64,000 bases of DNA from Octopus vulgaris (taxonomy: Eukaryota): positions 22,382,001 through 22,446,000 of the forward strand of contig OX597816.1 in NCBI GenBank assembly GCA_951406725.2, given 5' to 3'. This document shows, one piece after another, positions 26,670 through 39,087 of this stretch. How positions within the stretch are numbered: the first letter of the stretch is position 1; every line of letters starts with the position of its first letter. The notes under the pieces were generated by a model. It was not told the origin of the DNA. It worked only from the letters and a program-made list of their open reading frames with translations, and searched no databases. The position numbers and the translations under genes are program-made.

Positions 26670-27385
26670 ATCATTTCATCCTTTCGGGGTCGATTATATA
26701 AGTACCAGTTACGCACTGGAGTCGATAAAATCAACATAATCCGTTTGTCTGTCCTTGTTTGTCCCCTCTGTGTGTAGGACCTTGTGGGCAGTAAAGAAAT
26801 AGGTATTTCGTCTGCTGCAACGTTCTGAGTTCAAATTCCGCCGAGGCCGACTTTGCCTTTCATCCTTTCGGGGTCGATTAAATAAGTACCAGTTACGCAC
26901 TGGAGTCGATAAAATCGACATAATCCGTTTGTCTGTCCTTGTTTGTCCCCTATGTGTGTAGCCCGTTGGAGGAAGTGAAGAAATAGGTATTTCGTCTGTC
27001 TTTACTTTCTGAGTTCAAATTCAGCCTAGGTCGGCTTCGCCTTTCATCCTATTGGGGTCGATAATTTAAGTACTAGTTGCCTACAGGGGTCAATATAATT
27101 GTCTAGTCCCCTTCTGATAATTTCGAGACTTGTGTCTAGAGTAGAAAAAATGACTTCAGTGCCACAAATATTGGCGAGCTGGAAGAAACGTTAGCTCCCC
27201 GGGCAAAATGCTTAGCAGTATTTCGTCTGCCTTTACGCTCTGACTTCAAATTTCGCCGACGTCGACTTTGCCTTTCATCCTTTCGGGATCGATAAATTAA
27301 GTACCAGTTGCGTACTGGGGTTGATCCAATCAACTGTTCCCCTCCCCAAAAATTTCTGGCCTTGTGCCTAGAGTAGAAAAGAATA
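26670..27385 (+). mobile_element. SINE family B headless trimer (26670-27150) followed by a complete tail-2 copy (27172-27385)
   Basis: AAGAAATAGGTATTTCGTCTG junctions at about 26794 and 26978; last unit has tail 2. Confidence 0.9.
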
Positions 27386-28497
27386 TTCTTTACGATTTAC
27401 ATTAACTGAAATTTGGCAGTACGAGGTTGCACTGGATGTCCAGCCATTCTTTTCCAAGTTTTTTTTTTATATATAATCAGCATTGTGCTAAATATTAAAG
27501 AATTTCCAATACAATCAAATAAGCTACCATCCTCCGATATTAAAGATGATAGCTATCATCAGAATATTTAAAACATACGTTTAAGTTCTTAGTTCAAATC
27601 CTGCTTAGAAGGATTCTTGTCATTCATATTTTCAAGATCGATAAAATAAGTATTCGTCAAGTAGAGTGATCGATAACGTCGATTACGCCTTTTCAGGCGC
27701 TATTGTAACACACTATTAGATATGACAAAGAACCAAAACAATATATGGTGTTCCAATTCTTATCTCGCTTTATTTTTTGTTATCCAATCGAAATCAGATT
27801 GAATACTACAAAAATGAAATAGAAAAATAATTCAATCGATCCAGTTTCATTTCTATAGTATACAAACATTGCAGTTTATATACGTGCTACTCAATCAGTC
27901 ATGTATAATCAATACATTCGATTTTTTATGGAATCTCTTCACTTTTGCGCATTGAAATCATTGTTGTCCGATTGATACTATATTTTATCTTTTAGCTGCT
28001 ATTGATTACCAATAAAGGCTCCAAGCCAAATCTCTTAGGCTAGAGATGAGTGTTGCACGAGATATTAATAACGGCAATTTATTCTGGTGGACTTACAGGG
28101 ATTTGAACACAGAAAGGTTAGTCGAGAACCGAGAGAAAAACAAAATGCTGTAAAGCAGATAATCCCAAAGTGTGTAAAAGACTATGACATATAGCTTTAC
28201 TGCTTTTATGGTGATTTAATTCATGTTTTCCTATGTAGTTAATGTTGTAATTATTCTAAGGAAACGAATATTTGAACGGATATACAATAGTAAAATTGTC
28301 GATATTTTTTACAAGTAACAAAAGAGACCGAATGCGTTCACCGCATTTGTGACGTGAGACAGAGAACTTCCGCAAATTTTGTCATACTATTTTTTAAATG
28401 ACGTGTCATAGGTATTTTCTTTGGTGGAAAGTGAGGATGGAGACGTCTATAATACATCGATCAAAGCTGGAGCATGACTTAACAACAATAGAAACAA

Positions 28498-28706
28498 CGT
28501 TATTTACATTATTTATATTTGAAGTATATTTGTCCTCATCTTGTTTGTTGTCAACACAAGGTTTCGACTGATATACCCTCCAGCCTTCATCAGGTGACTT
28601 GGGGAAGCCACTACACCATATGCCAACGGCCATATGGCATAATGGTTAAGAGCGCTGGCTACTAACCCCAAGATTCTAAATTCGATTCCAGGCAGTGACC
28701 TGAATA

Positions 28707-28775
<69 letters not shown>

Positions 28776-28776
28776 T

Positions 28777-28807
<31 letters not shown>

Positions 28808-29017
28808 AAGAAGAAGAAGAAGAAGAGCAATAACAACAACAATAACATCTAAAAATACCTTAGGAATGAGAACCCAGGTTTGAAATTTCCCCAAGACACC
28901 TGACGAAGGCTGGAGTGTATATCAGCCGAAACGTTGTGTTAACAACAAACAAGATAAGGACAAATATTCGTCGAATGTAAATAATGTAAATAATTCATCT
29001 TCTCTTAAATATAGAAG
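28498..29017 (+). mobile_element. SINE family C full copy (about 28630-29017) preceded by an inverted, internally deleted copy (28498-28624)
   Basis: Plus copy has head, (AAT)n(AAG)n and hammerhead; minus copy reads GGCATATGGTGTAGTGGC joined directly to TTCCCCAAGTCACCTGATGAAGGCTG...GAAAC. Confidence 0.9.
28895..28940 (+). ncRNA. Type I minimal hammerhead ribozyme motif (Penelope-type)
   Basis: GACAC-CTGACGA-A-GGCTG-loop-CAGCC-GAAA-CG-TT-GTGTT: stem I, CUGANGA core, stem II, GAAA and palindromic mini stem III (AACGTT). Confidence 0.75.
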
Positions 29018-29864
29018 TGAATAGAAACAATATTTGGTAATTAGTTTTTCGATAAGGAAGAGAAGGCGGGCAATCTTGAATTTTGCTATTTGGTCATAGA
29101 AAGGAGCGAACTGATGTTACTGTATAATGTACTTGTACCCCTTTGACTTAAATTCTTTATATTTTTACTCTAAAATCATTAGTGTATATTGCAGGTATTT
29201 TAATAGTTAACTACGAAGCAGAACGGTATTTGAAAGGGATATAAATATAAAGTTTGTTAATAGCAGTAACCAAAATTTAGATTCAATTCTATCCATCTTT
29301 ATTTACTACATATATTTCGTTTTTGGATTTGGTTTGCAAGATTCTTTATATTAACGGAGTCAAAACCTTTGAAAAGGTTGCAAGACGCAACGAAAAGTTT
29401 AGGAAAATAAAAATAAGAAACAAGTGGAAATTTCACCGGTGAGTGTGTTACATTATAAGGCACAAAAAGAAAATAACTCTCCCCAGACACAACAAATTAT
29501 TAAATATATGTATTTCATTAATTTGGTATAATGGTGTTTGGATAACAAATCTTTTCGTTTTCAAGCATCAGTCTGTGTCATAAATATAAGTAATATCGAA
29601 ATAAACAGATTTGTTTGCAGACATGACATTATCGACTTTAAACAAAGCTTAAATAGCTACTGGTACGCATCACTTGCAGACGGAGATAGAATTGCAAAAG
29701 GAAAGTCCGAATTACACGCAAGTCAGTCGAGCACAATGGATATAATAAGGTTGAATACGTTGAGACAGCGATTTTGCACGTAGATGAGTGCCGTAATGCA
29801 TTGCATGAATTACAATTGGCTGATTACACTACCGATATACATCAATGAACATTAAGTGTTTATG

Positions 29865-29946
<82 letters not shown>

Positions 29947-30040
29947 TATCATTTTAAGACTTTTCTATATACTTAATCATAACACACCTACAACAAAGAC
30001 ACAAATACATATATGTGTGTGTATATAGATGGACAAATAC

Positions 30041-30112
<72 letters not shown>

Positions 30113-30177
30113 GATAGATTGATTGATAGATGGATGGATGGATAGATGGATGGATAGATAGATAAATAGATAGATAT

Positions 30178-30370
30178 ATTTCTTTATTAGTCACACAGGG
30201 CTGAACACAGACGGGACAAATTACAAAGTAGAGCTTTTCTATTTGGGGAGAAAAAATGTGGGGTAGGTTTTCGATCAAAAGGGATCGTAAAAAGGAAAGG
30301 GGAAAAAAGAAAAAAGAAAAATGTAAAACAGAAAAAATGATCAATATGTATCGTGTATCACAGAAATGTC
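30178..30370 (-). mobile_element. Putative LINE 3' UTR fragment (family I) embedded in (GATA)n
   Basis: Homologous to 33781-33927; minus strand ends TTTGTCCCGTCTGTGTTCAGCCCTGTGTGACTAATAAAGAAATA; (GATA)n on both sides. Confidence 0.65.
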
Positions 30371-30712
30371 ATAGACAGATAGATAGATAGATAGATAGAT
30401 AGATAAATATTTGAAAGTCTATGAGAATTACTTAATACAGTTTTGAAGTGTAAAGTTAATTTTTTTCTTTATATTATTTCTTTTTTAAATGTAAAATCTT
30501 TTATCGAGATGTTACTAAACATGTTGGGGAAGAATTATTTTACTAGGGTCTGAGCGGTTTTGATTAACCTTTGCAAATGTTTTTGCGTGTGTGCGCGTGT
30601 GCGCGTGTTAGTGCGTGTGTACGTATGTATAGGTATGTAGAATCTTTTACTACTTTAGAACTACTAGCAATCAAGCCATAACGAGTTATTTTCTTATACA
30701 TACATTCACACA

Positions 30713-30767
<55 letters not shown>

Positions 30768-30773
<6 letters not shown>

Positions 30774-31063
30774 ACCGACCAGACCATCAGATGTTGTTAC
30801 ACATTGCTGGTCACAATACGCTCGCATTGTTTTAGACTTCAAATGACGCCACCCCGCTGGCTAAGCGAGCAGGCCAACAGAAGAAAGAGTGAGAGAAAGA
30901 GTGGTGAAAGAGTACAGCAGGGATCATCCCCCCCCTGCCGAGCCTCGTGGAGCTTTAGGCGTTTTCGCTCAATAAACACACACAACGCCCGGTCTGGGAA
31001 TCGAAACCGCGATCCTCCGACTGCGAGTCCGCTGCCCTAAACATTGGGCCATTGCGCCTCCAC
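30768..31063 (-). mobile_element. SINE family A head and body with a different 3' tail (A2)
   Basis: Matches family A from about 30885 to 31063; 30768-30880 has no match in the other three A copies. Confidence 0.85.
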
Positions 31064-32240
31064 ATATATATGTATATGTATATGTATATATATATATATG
31101 TATATATTTATACATGTAAATGTGTGTGTGTGTGTGTGTGCGTGTGTATACATGCATGCATACATATACATATACAACAGATCTCCTATGTTCAATACAA
31201 GTATTGGTCTGAATCCTCTGTGGTAGTGGAAACGATTCGGTATCTGTTGACTGTGTTGACCTCATGTGGTAGCGGGGTGGTTCCAAGTCAGTACTTGACG
31301 TTGCCAGGTCAGCTGCTGCGCAATTTTTAGTATCATGCACAAACAAGATTTTTCTTCAGCTGCTGCACTTTTCGCATCTGGGTGACGCCTTGTTTTGGAG
31401 TACTACGCACTACATCAGCAAATCGTCATTTAGGAGCAGACAGTGGGCAATTACTTCTTCTTTGGTGCCTCTCTTTTTCTTTGCCCTTCTCCTAGAAAGA
31501 AGTTCTGATTCAGGCCCATGTAGTTTGGGCAAAGCTTTTGATATGAAAAAGCAAAATGGCAGTTTGCAACACCGTAGCCATGCTGGAAGTTTCGTTGCAG
31601 ACAAAATGTACATATCTTTCTAGTTTTGTACCTCATACTTCCTTTGCTCACATTGTTGGCAGTCTTTTGTTTTGCTTCAGTGTTTATTTTTACATTTATT
31701 TCACTGGAAATTCGACATTTGGGCAACATGGATGGTGCTGCCCTTTCGTGGATTGTTTTCTGTTGGAGGTTATACGTTTTTCTTTTTCTTCTTTTCTCTT
31801 ACCCCTTGTGCTTCATCCTTTCTGGAAACGTTTGTTTTGTCACTGAATTGTCTTTTTCTTCCTTTTTCATCTCTTTGGCTGCTTGCAGTGGCGAAGATAG
31901 GGCCACTATCATCAGTGTTTCATTCGACGACAGTCTTCTATCGCTTAGCTTCGGCATCGTTGTGTTTGAGGGTCTGTTGGACCCGAGAGACTTTTCTTTT
32001 TCTTTTCACGTTCTTCGTTCTGCTTGGCATCCTCGCTGCAAACGTTGTGTGGTCTAATTAATGTATTGGAAGAGAGGAATTCGAGTTTCGTCCGCTCTAT
32101 TTGAGCCATAGTTCTGGTGACACCATTACTCTTTAGTTCTCCTGCGATAAAGTAGCATCGAGAGTCTCCGTCTACAAATCTCCAGATACACAGAAATAAT
32201 TGGAATTACTTTATTCTCCAATTTTACGACACCTTTGAAA

Positions 32241-32290
<50 letters not shown>

Positions 32291-32476
32291 GGTGGGGTCA
32301 GAGAGAGAAATATAGAGGAAATAAAGAGAGAATTTGAGAGAAGGAGCCAGAGTCAACGGGGGAATTGTATAAGTATGTATGAATATGTGTATATATACAT
32401 ATGAAGACAATCATGAATTTATATAGAAAGAGAGATATAGACAAAGAAGAGAATTTCAGCTGCGAGATCAATGCAT

Positions 32477-32570
<94 letters not shown>

Positions 32571-33058
32571 GTACATATGTACGTATACACGTGAGTATGT
32601 ATATCTACAGATGTACAGTTTCTATAGATATAGTATTATGCTCGTGCACAAATATATATGCAAACACGCATATGGATATAGGGACAGAGAGACAGAGGAA
32701 CCGAAATAAGAGAGAGTGGGAGATTAGGATTTAGAGGAAAAAGAAACTGTGCGAAAGGTAACCTACAGCCATACGTATGTCTGAAGGGAAAAGAAAATAA
32801 GGAGAGAAATCAATAAAGAAAAACAGATATCAGTATAAGTTATGAGGTTATTGTCCCAGTTTATGATCTACCTTTACCGACTTAATTTATCGAAGAGACT
32901 CTGTCAATGCAAAAAAAAAAAAAAAAACGATTTATGACCTACTTTGTTGATTTGTTTTTTTCCAAAGCTTCCATGAGTGGAAACAAATCGCGGCCGAGTA
33001 AAAAATGTTTCTTATATATATATATATACATGTGTGTGAGTGTGTATAGGTATACAAA

Positions 33059-33169
<111 letters not shown>

Positions 33170-33174
33170 CATGC

Positions 33175-33275
33175 GTAGTGAGAATTTACAAAGAAAAACC
33201 AAAGACGGGTGTGTAAATGTGTAAACAAGAAACAGATGTATTAGTTTAACGCTCTGGAATTGAGAAAGTTTTTTA
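33175..33275 (-). mobile_element. Penelope-like terminal fragment (family H)
   Basis: Homologous to 41865-41950 (+) and 52545-52650 (-). Confidence 0.6.
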
Positions 33276-33657
33276 GGTTATACATATATATATTTACTGT
33301 GCTACGTCTAAAAATGCCCAGTTCTTTTGTTGATAGATTTAACAAAGTACTAACACGTTTGAGAGGTATTAATCCATTGTCTTAATTAAGTATAAATTTT
33401 AAGATGAATTACTTTGATTTCTGTCTGGTGAGAAAGCTTTCTCTCCAGTCAGTTGCAATACATAATGTAGAAATTTTTAGATCAACTAAACTGAAATACA
33501 CATCCTTCCACTAAATTGGCACGTCACGCTTGTTTCTGTGATATTATACACATGTTCCTTCATAAAAGATACACATACATGCATATAAAATCTTACACAC
33601 CAGTGTGAATACAAGTATATAGATAAATAGATCGATAGATAGATAGATAAATAGATC

Positions 33658-33927
<270 letters not shown>

Positions 33928-34092
33928 CACTTTTTCTTAAAATAAGAAACAAGATTAGGTTCATCCCTGGGAAGAAAAACCTACTGAAAAGACCACGGTA
34001 ACCTCAGGCAGAGAGGAAATAAATACACGAGAGCAATGTGCTCTCTCTCTCTCTCTCTCTCTCTATCTTTTACGATATATAGGATCATGTTG

Positions 34093-34168
<76 letters not shown>

Positions 34169-34359
34169 TATGATGGACTGTGGGCGAAGACAAGGTATGA
34201 GTGTTCAGCGGGAAAACAGAAGAAAAAGATCCAACCAAATAGACAGTCAACAACACATTCACATAACCCTTACTACCATTCACCAATGTTTGCGATTCAT
34301 TCACTTCACCTGGAAACTCCTCATGTGAATCCTCAGGCCACCAAAAACCAATAAGGATA

Positions 34360-35075
34360 TGAGTATGACTTATAAAAACAGCACGTGATCTAGCTGAGAA
34401 ATCACAAATTGGACAATAGTGGTTTGCGGGAAGACTGTTGTTCTGTTGGTTTCTTTCCCTGTTTTCCCTTTCGGTTTCGAAATTCTGAAGCTGGAAAAAG
34501 CAATCTCTACTCCGGCCTCCATGGTTTCTCGTATAATCCTCAAAAATCATTTTTCTAATACTTAGGTGTTTCAAACTATCATTAACTAGCAGTATCGCCC
34601 GGCGCTGCTCGGGTTTGCTTCGACCCTTTACAATTGGAATGTTTGAAAAGTAAATATTTTGCATTATGTAGCTTGTTATTCTCTTTAAGTGAACATTTTT
34701 CTGATTGAAATACACCGAAAAATGGCGACACAGCAGTCAAAAAATCGTACAAAATAGGGATTTTCATAGAAAAAAAGCACCTTTTTTTCTGTAAATAATT
34801 TTTGGTGTTAACATGGTCCGATTTGAATTTTTTCTTCTATGAAAGGTAGAGCAAGCCTTCTTCGATCATACTCTCAATTTTGATCAACTTGCGCCGCAGG
34901 TTCTCGGAGGAGATAGTGTTAGTTGAAGGCTACCAAACCTGCCGTACACAGACAACTTCCGCTTTATATATAGAGAGATTTTCTTGTTATACTGTAGAGG
35001 AAGCCAGCCTAAATTACGCTGTGAATTTACAAGCTGACCACAAAAGATTTGCTCAAGCATTCGACTACTATTATT
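34360..35075 (-). pseudogene. C-terminus of an RTE-clade LINE ORF, split by a Helitron
   Basis: Removing 34586-34978 gives in-frame SSRMLEQIFCGQLVNSQRNLGWLPLQYNKKINDSLKHLSI...NFETER...YCPICDFSARSRAVFISH, resembling the RTE RxPKQxFYGxL...C2H2 terminus. Confidence 0.7.
34586..34978 (-). mobile_element. Non-autonomous Helitron with family E termini and a different interior
   Basis: Plus strand A|CTAGCAGTATCGCCCGGCGCTGCTCGGGTTTG ... TTTATATATAGAGAGA|T. Confidence 0.85.
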
Positions 35076-35747
35076 TTTTATAAACACACACACATATATG
35101 AGTGTGTCTGAATGCGTAGAGAGAGAGAGAGAGAGAGAGAGTGAAGGGAAACTGCCAAAGTAAAATACACTCTAAACGTGTAATATATAGGTTAATGAAC
35201 ATTTAGCTACAAGTAAGATGCTATGGACAATACAGCAGAATTTTTACTATCTACTTCAGTAACAGTATAGAGAGAAATCTAAACAGAATAATGTGACAGA
35301 ATTGTTATTAAGATTTATTTTTCAGCGATACTAAATACTAAATTGTATTTGAATATAAAAGTTTATTGGAAAACATGATACATCATTTGATAGCCTGCAG
35401 GTACACGTTAGAAGGCGTCGTCAATTATATAAATCACACTAGGTAATGCTTCTAATGTATAAAAGAATACTCATATATAAATATATATATGTGTGTATAT
35501 ATACATATGTATATATATAAATATATATATATAAGATGACAGACGTAAATAGATGCATCTGATTACAAAGTTCTACGTGAATGAATAAATTCTGAACAAT
35601 GACACAGACACAAATTTAATAAATAAAGAATTTTTGTACTATTTCTCCATTATACCCTACCATATAACTAAATAATCATTCAACAAGGCTCAACTGATTT
35701 TAAGAATTTCAGATTAGCAAAAACTCCAAGATGAACTCAAATGGACC

Positions 35748-35816
<69 letters not shown>

Positions 35817-36186
35817 GAGTAAGAGAGCAGTGCATGCCATCAAAGTGACACTGGGATAAAATATACGAAGCCCAGCATACCCGTCCACTAAGGATATAGC
35901 GGGCACATGCATCACAACCATATGTGCGTGACATGGTGATCTCTTATCAAGATTAACAGCGCATGGTGTTGCAGGTGGTGGTCAGTTAGAATTTTCTTCA
36001 GGTTGAGTAGCTCATCCCGCTCAAAAGGTCCCTGAATAAGGGTTATTTGATGATGTTGAATGAAATACCCATGTTTCCAGGTGTGAATTATCAAACCCCA
36101 AAGAATTCCCCCGAACATATGATTATGACGCTCCTCCACTACTTCTGTTCTTCATCAGAGATGCACATATCGTCAGCCACTAAAGA
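35817..36186 (-). mobile_element. Family D element (truncated) abutting (ATT)n at 35749-35816
   Basis: Homologous to 53859-54375 and 54400-54901; strand assigned by analogy with the adjacent Dong-like element at 53514. Confidence 0.8.
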
Positions 36187-36261
36187 ATTTGTTAGTTTCA
36201 GATTTCTTCGTCTGGTAATATCACAAAATCCCATTATTTACTTATTAGTACTCTCTCTCTC

Positions 36262-36660
36262 TCTCTTTTACATGTTTCAGTCATTTGACTGCGGCCATGC
36301 TGGAGCACCGCCTTTCATCGAGCAACTCGACCCCGGGACTTATTCTTTTGTAAGCCCAGTACTTATGCTATCGGTCTCTTTTGCCGAACCGCTAAGTAAC
36401 GGGGACATAAACACACCAGCATCGGTTGTCAAGCAATGCTAGGAGGACAAACACAGACACACAAACACACACACGCATATATATATATATACATATATAC
36501 GACAGGCTTCTTTTCAGTTTCCGTCTACCAAATCCACTCACAAGGCTTTGGTCGGCCCGGGGCTATAGTAGAAGACACTTGCCCAAGATGCCACGCAGTG
36601 GGACTGAACCCGGAACCATGTGATTGGTAAACAAGCTACTTACCACACAGCCACTCCTGC
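36262..36660 (-). mobile_element. SINE family G
   Basis: Reverse complement of 14608-14997. Confidence 0.9.
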
Positions 36661-36900
36661 ACTACTTCTAAGCAAATTTTGAAAGAAAATTATATATTTA
36701 TCTAAAAGCGGTTTCGTTGGTTTCCTGAAAAGTTATCTCAAATCAACATTTGGAAAATCAACGACAAAAGAAAATACAAAGACAAGAGTGCCGTGATTAG
36801 GAGTTTATTATATATGTTGGCAAAGGCAAGTCTCATTATAAAGATTCATTTCCCCAACTGTGATGAAATGAAAGCAGTTTTGCGTAAAATTATCAATAAA

Positions 36901-37283
36901 CTAGCAGTATCGCCCGGCGTTGCTCAGGTTTGTAAGGGAAATAACTATAAAGCATTTTTAGAGAGTTATAGCCAAAAAATAGAAAAAAATGGGAAAAAAT
37001 GATGGTAAATTTTTTTTGGAGATTTAAAAAAGGTGGAGTTGCGTCCCCTAGACAGTTTGTGGTTCGTGTTTCTGATTCTCGACCCCATGTCGAATTTATC
37101 GATTTTTTCAGAACTGGGGGAACTTTTCAAAATTTTCCCTGCGTTAGTTTTGAATTATGACATTGGGCTATGTGTGTGTCAAGTTTCATCAGAATCGGTT
37201 GAAAGCCGTGGTCGGGGTGAGGGTACAAGCAAACAGACACACAGAAACACGCACAGACAAACTGCCGTTTATATATAGAGAGA
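36901..37283 (-). mobile_element. Non-autonomous Helitron (family E)
   Basis: Reverse complement of 21482-21865; TC...CTAG termini at an AT site. Confidence 0.9.
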
Positions 37284-37300
37284 TTTAGGATCCAGTAAAC

Positions 37301-37862
37301 TTAATTTAATTTAATTTTTAATTGGCTCGAAAAGCAAAAACAAGGCCGTGTAGGGGGACAGGGAGTTATGTACAGGGAGGATGGTCATACAAAGATTGCA
37401 GGCCATTTCCGGTCAAGAGAGACTTTGAATCGAGCCGTCGTCGGCATCTTCACTGTAAGCCGGTGAGCTGGCAGAATCGTTAGCGCGCAGGACGAAATGC
37501 TTAGCTGTATTTCGTCTGCCGTTCTGTTCTGAGTTCAAATTCCGCCGAGGTCGACTTTGCCTTTCGTCCTTTCGGGGTCGATAAATTAAGTACCAGTTAC
37601 GCACTGGAGTCGATATAATCGACTTAATCTGTTTGTCTGTCCTTGTTTGTCGCCTCTGTGTTTAGCCCCCTTGTGGGTAGTAAAGAAATAGGCATCTTCA
37701 CTATTTCGTCTGGCAGTTTATTACACGGATCCGCAACCCGGACGTAGAAAGCCCCTCTCCTTCCTTCGATTGAGATGAAATCGTCGTAGATAGAGCTTTT
37801 CGGAGTGACCCCGCAGCCCACGCTCTGGAGTAGGAGTGAAGAACAGCTCTTTCGAGAGGTTA
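37301..37862 (-). pseudogene. 3' end of a CR1/L2-group LINE interrupted by SINE B
   Basis: Minus strand LFFTPTPERGLRGHSEKLYLRRFHL / RRGAFYVRVADPCNKLPDEIVKMP + TTARFKVSLDRKW, matching the LRGH..KL..RV..WN.LP..FK..LD terminus; ends in an (ATTAA)n tail. Confidence 0.75.
37457..37690 (+). mobile_element. SINE family B, tail 1, with TSD
   Basis: GGCATCTTCACT at 37443-37454 and 37691-37702. Confidence 0.9.
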
Positions 37863-38029
37863 AACTTTATACACTGTGCAATAATACTATCACTTAATAA
37901 TGTTCCTTCAATTCTATGTTAAGGAAGTTACCAATATATTGATTGGAGGAACTCGAAATAATAACTCGAAGGCAATGATCCTTTATAATAGATAATCTTT
38001 ACAGTAGAATTATGGATTTCATTATACTT

Positions 38030-38395
38030 ATAACTTAATGGATTGTGCCAGCGATATTTGAACTTAAAAAGTGGATTTACCAATTTAAGTAGGATTAATG
38101 AGGTATGGAATAGAGCAACGTTTCCAATAACGCAATAACATCAACACATTCTTGAAGGCAACATTGTTAAATAAGATGAACCTAATGGAAAACATGTCAA
38201 CTTGCCAAGAATCAAAAGGAGACTTGACACCACTTTACTATTGAAGCTTACACGATTACCGCTTCCAGTTCCAGTGGCAATTACAATAACAGTCAATAAG
38301 TATTAATTCCCATTATTGCGTAAATAAACGTCTGTTCTTCACTACTGATCTCTGTGCATGGAATGTTATGTATTGCTCTGTTGAGAACTAAATAA
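38030..38395 (+). pseudogene. Decayed Helitron/Pif1-like helicase C-terminal fragment
   Basis: Broken frames read NGLCQRYLNLKSG, HILEGNIV..GKHVNLPRI..LLLKLTRLPLPVPVAITITVNKY* and HGMLCIALLR, in the order of the motifs GLPPHxLxLKVG, IPRI, FPVxxAFAMTINKSQG and HGQLYVALSR. Confidence 0.65.
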
Positions 38396-38518
38396 CTAAA
38401 TAGGTTCTTGGTAATATATTGACAACTATCAGGGCAAAGTTCAGCATATATCGTGTGCATTGGGATTTCACATTAACATGTGTGTATATTAATATATCGT
38501 ATATGTATATATATATCT

Positions 38519-39087
38519 GTATTACTTACAAGGGGCTAAACATAGAGGAGACAAACAAGGACAGAGAAAGGAATTAAATCGATTACATCGACCCCAGTGC
38601 GTAATTGGTACTTAATTTATCGACCCCGAAAAGATGAAAGGCAAAGTTGACATCGGCGGAATTTGAACTCTCAGCGTGACGGCAGACGAAATACCTATTT
38701 CTTTACTACCCACAAGGGGCTAAACACAGAGGAGACAAACAAGGACAGACATAGGTATTACGTCGATTACATCGATCCCTATGCGTAACTGGTACTTAAT
38801 TTGTCGACCCCGAAAGGAATTTGAACTCTCAACGTGACGGCAGCCGAAATACCTATTTCTTTATTACCCACAAGGGGGTAAACATAGAGAGGACAAACAC
38901 GGACAAACAAAGGAATTGAATCGATTACATCGACCCCGGTGCGTCACTGGTACTTAATTTATCGACCCCGAAAGGATGAAAGGCAAAGTCGACCTCGGCC
39001 GAATTTGAACTCACAACATAACGGCAGTCGAAATACCGCTAATCATTTCGCCCGACATGCCAACGTTTCTGCCAGCTCGCTGCCTTA
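38519..39087 (-). mobile_element. SINE family B trimer (all tail 1)
   Basis: GAAATACCTATTTCTTT junctions at about 38688 and 38846. Confidence 0.9.

Noticed and set aside
29538-29783. 81-aa non-repetitive ORF with an acceptor-like TTTGCAG
   Set aside because: No recognisable motif, no clear donor and no link to the candidate exon
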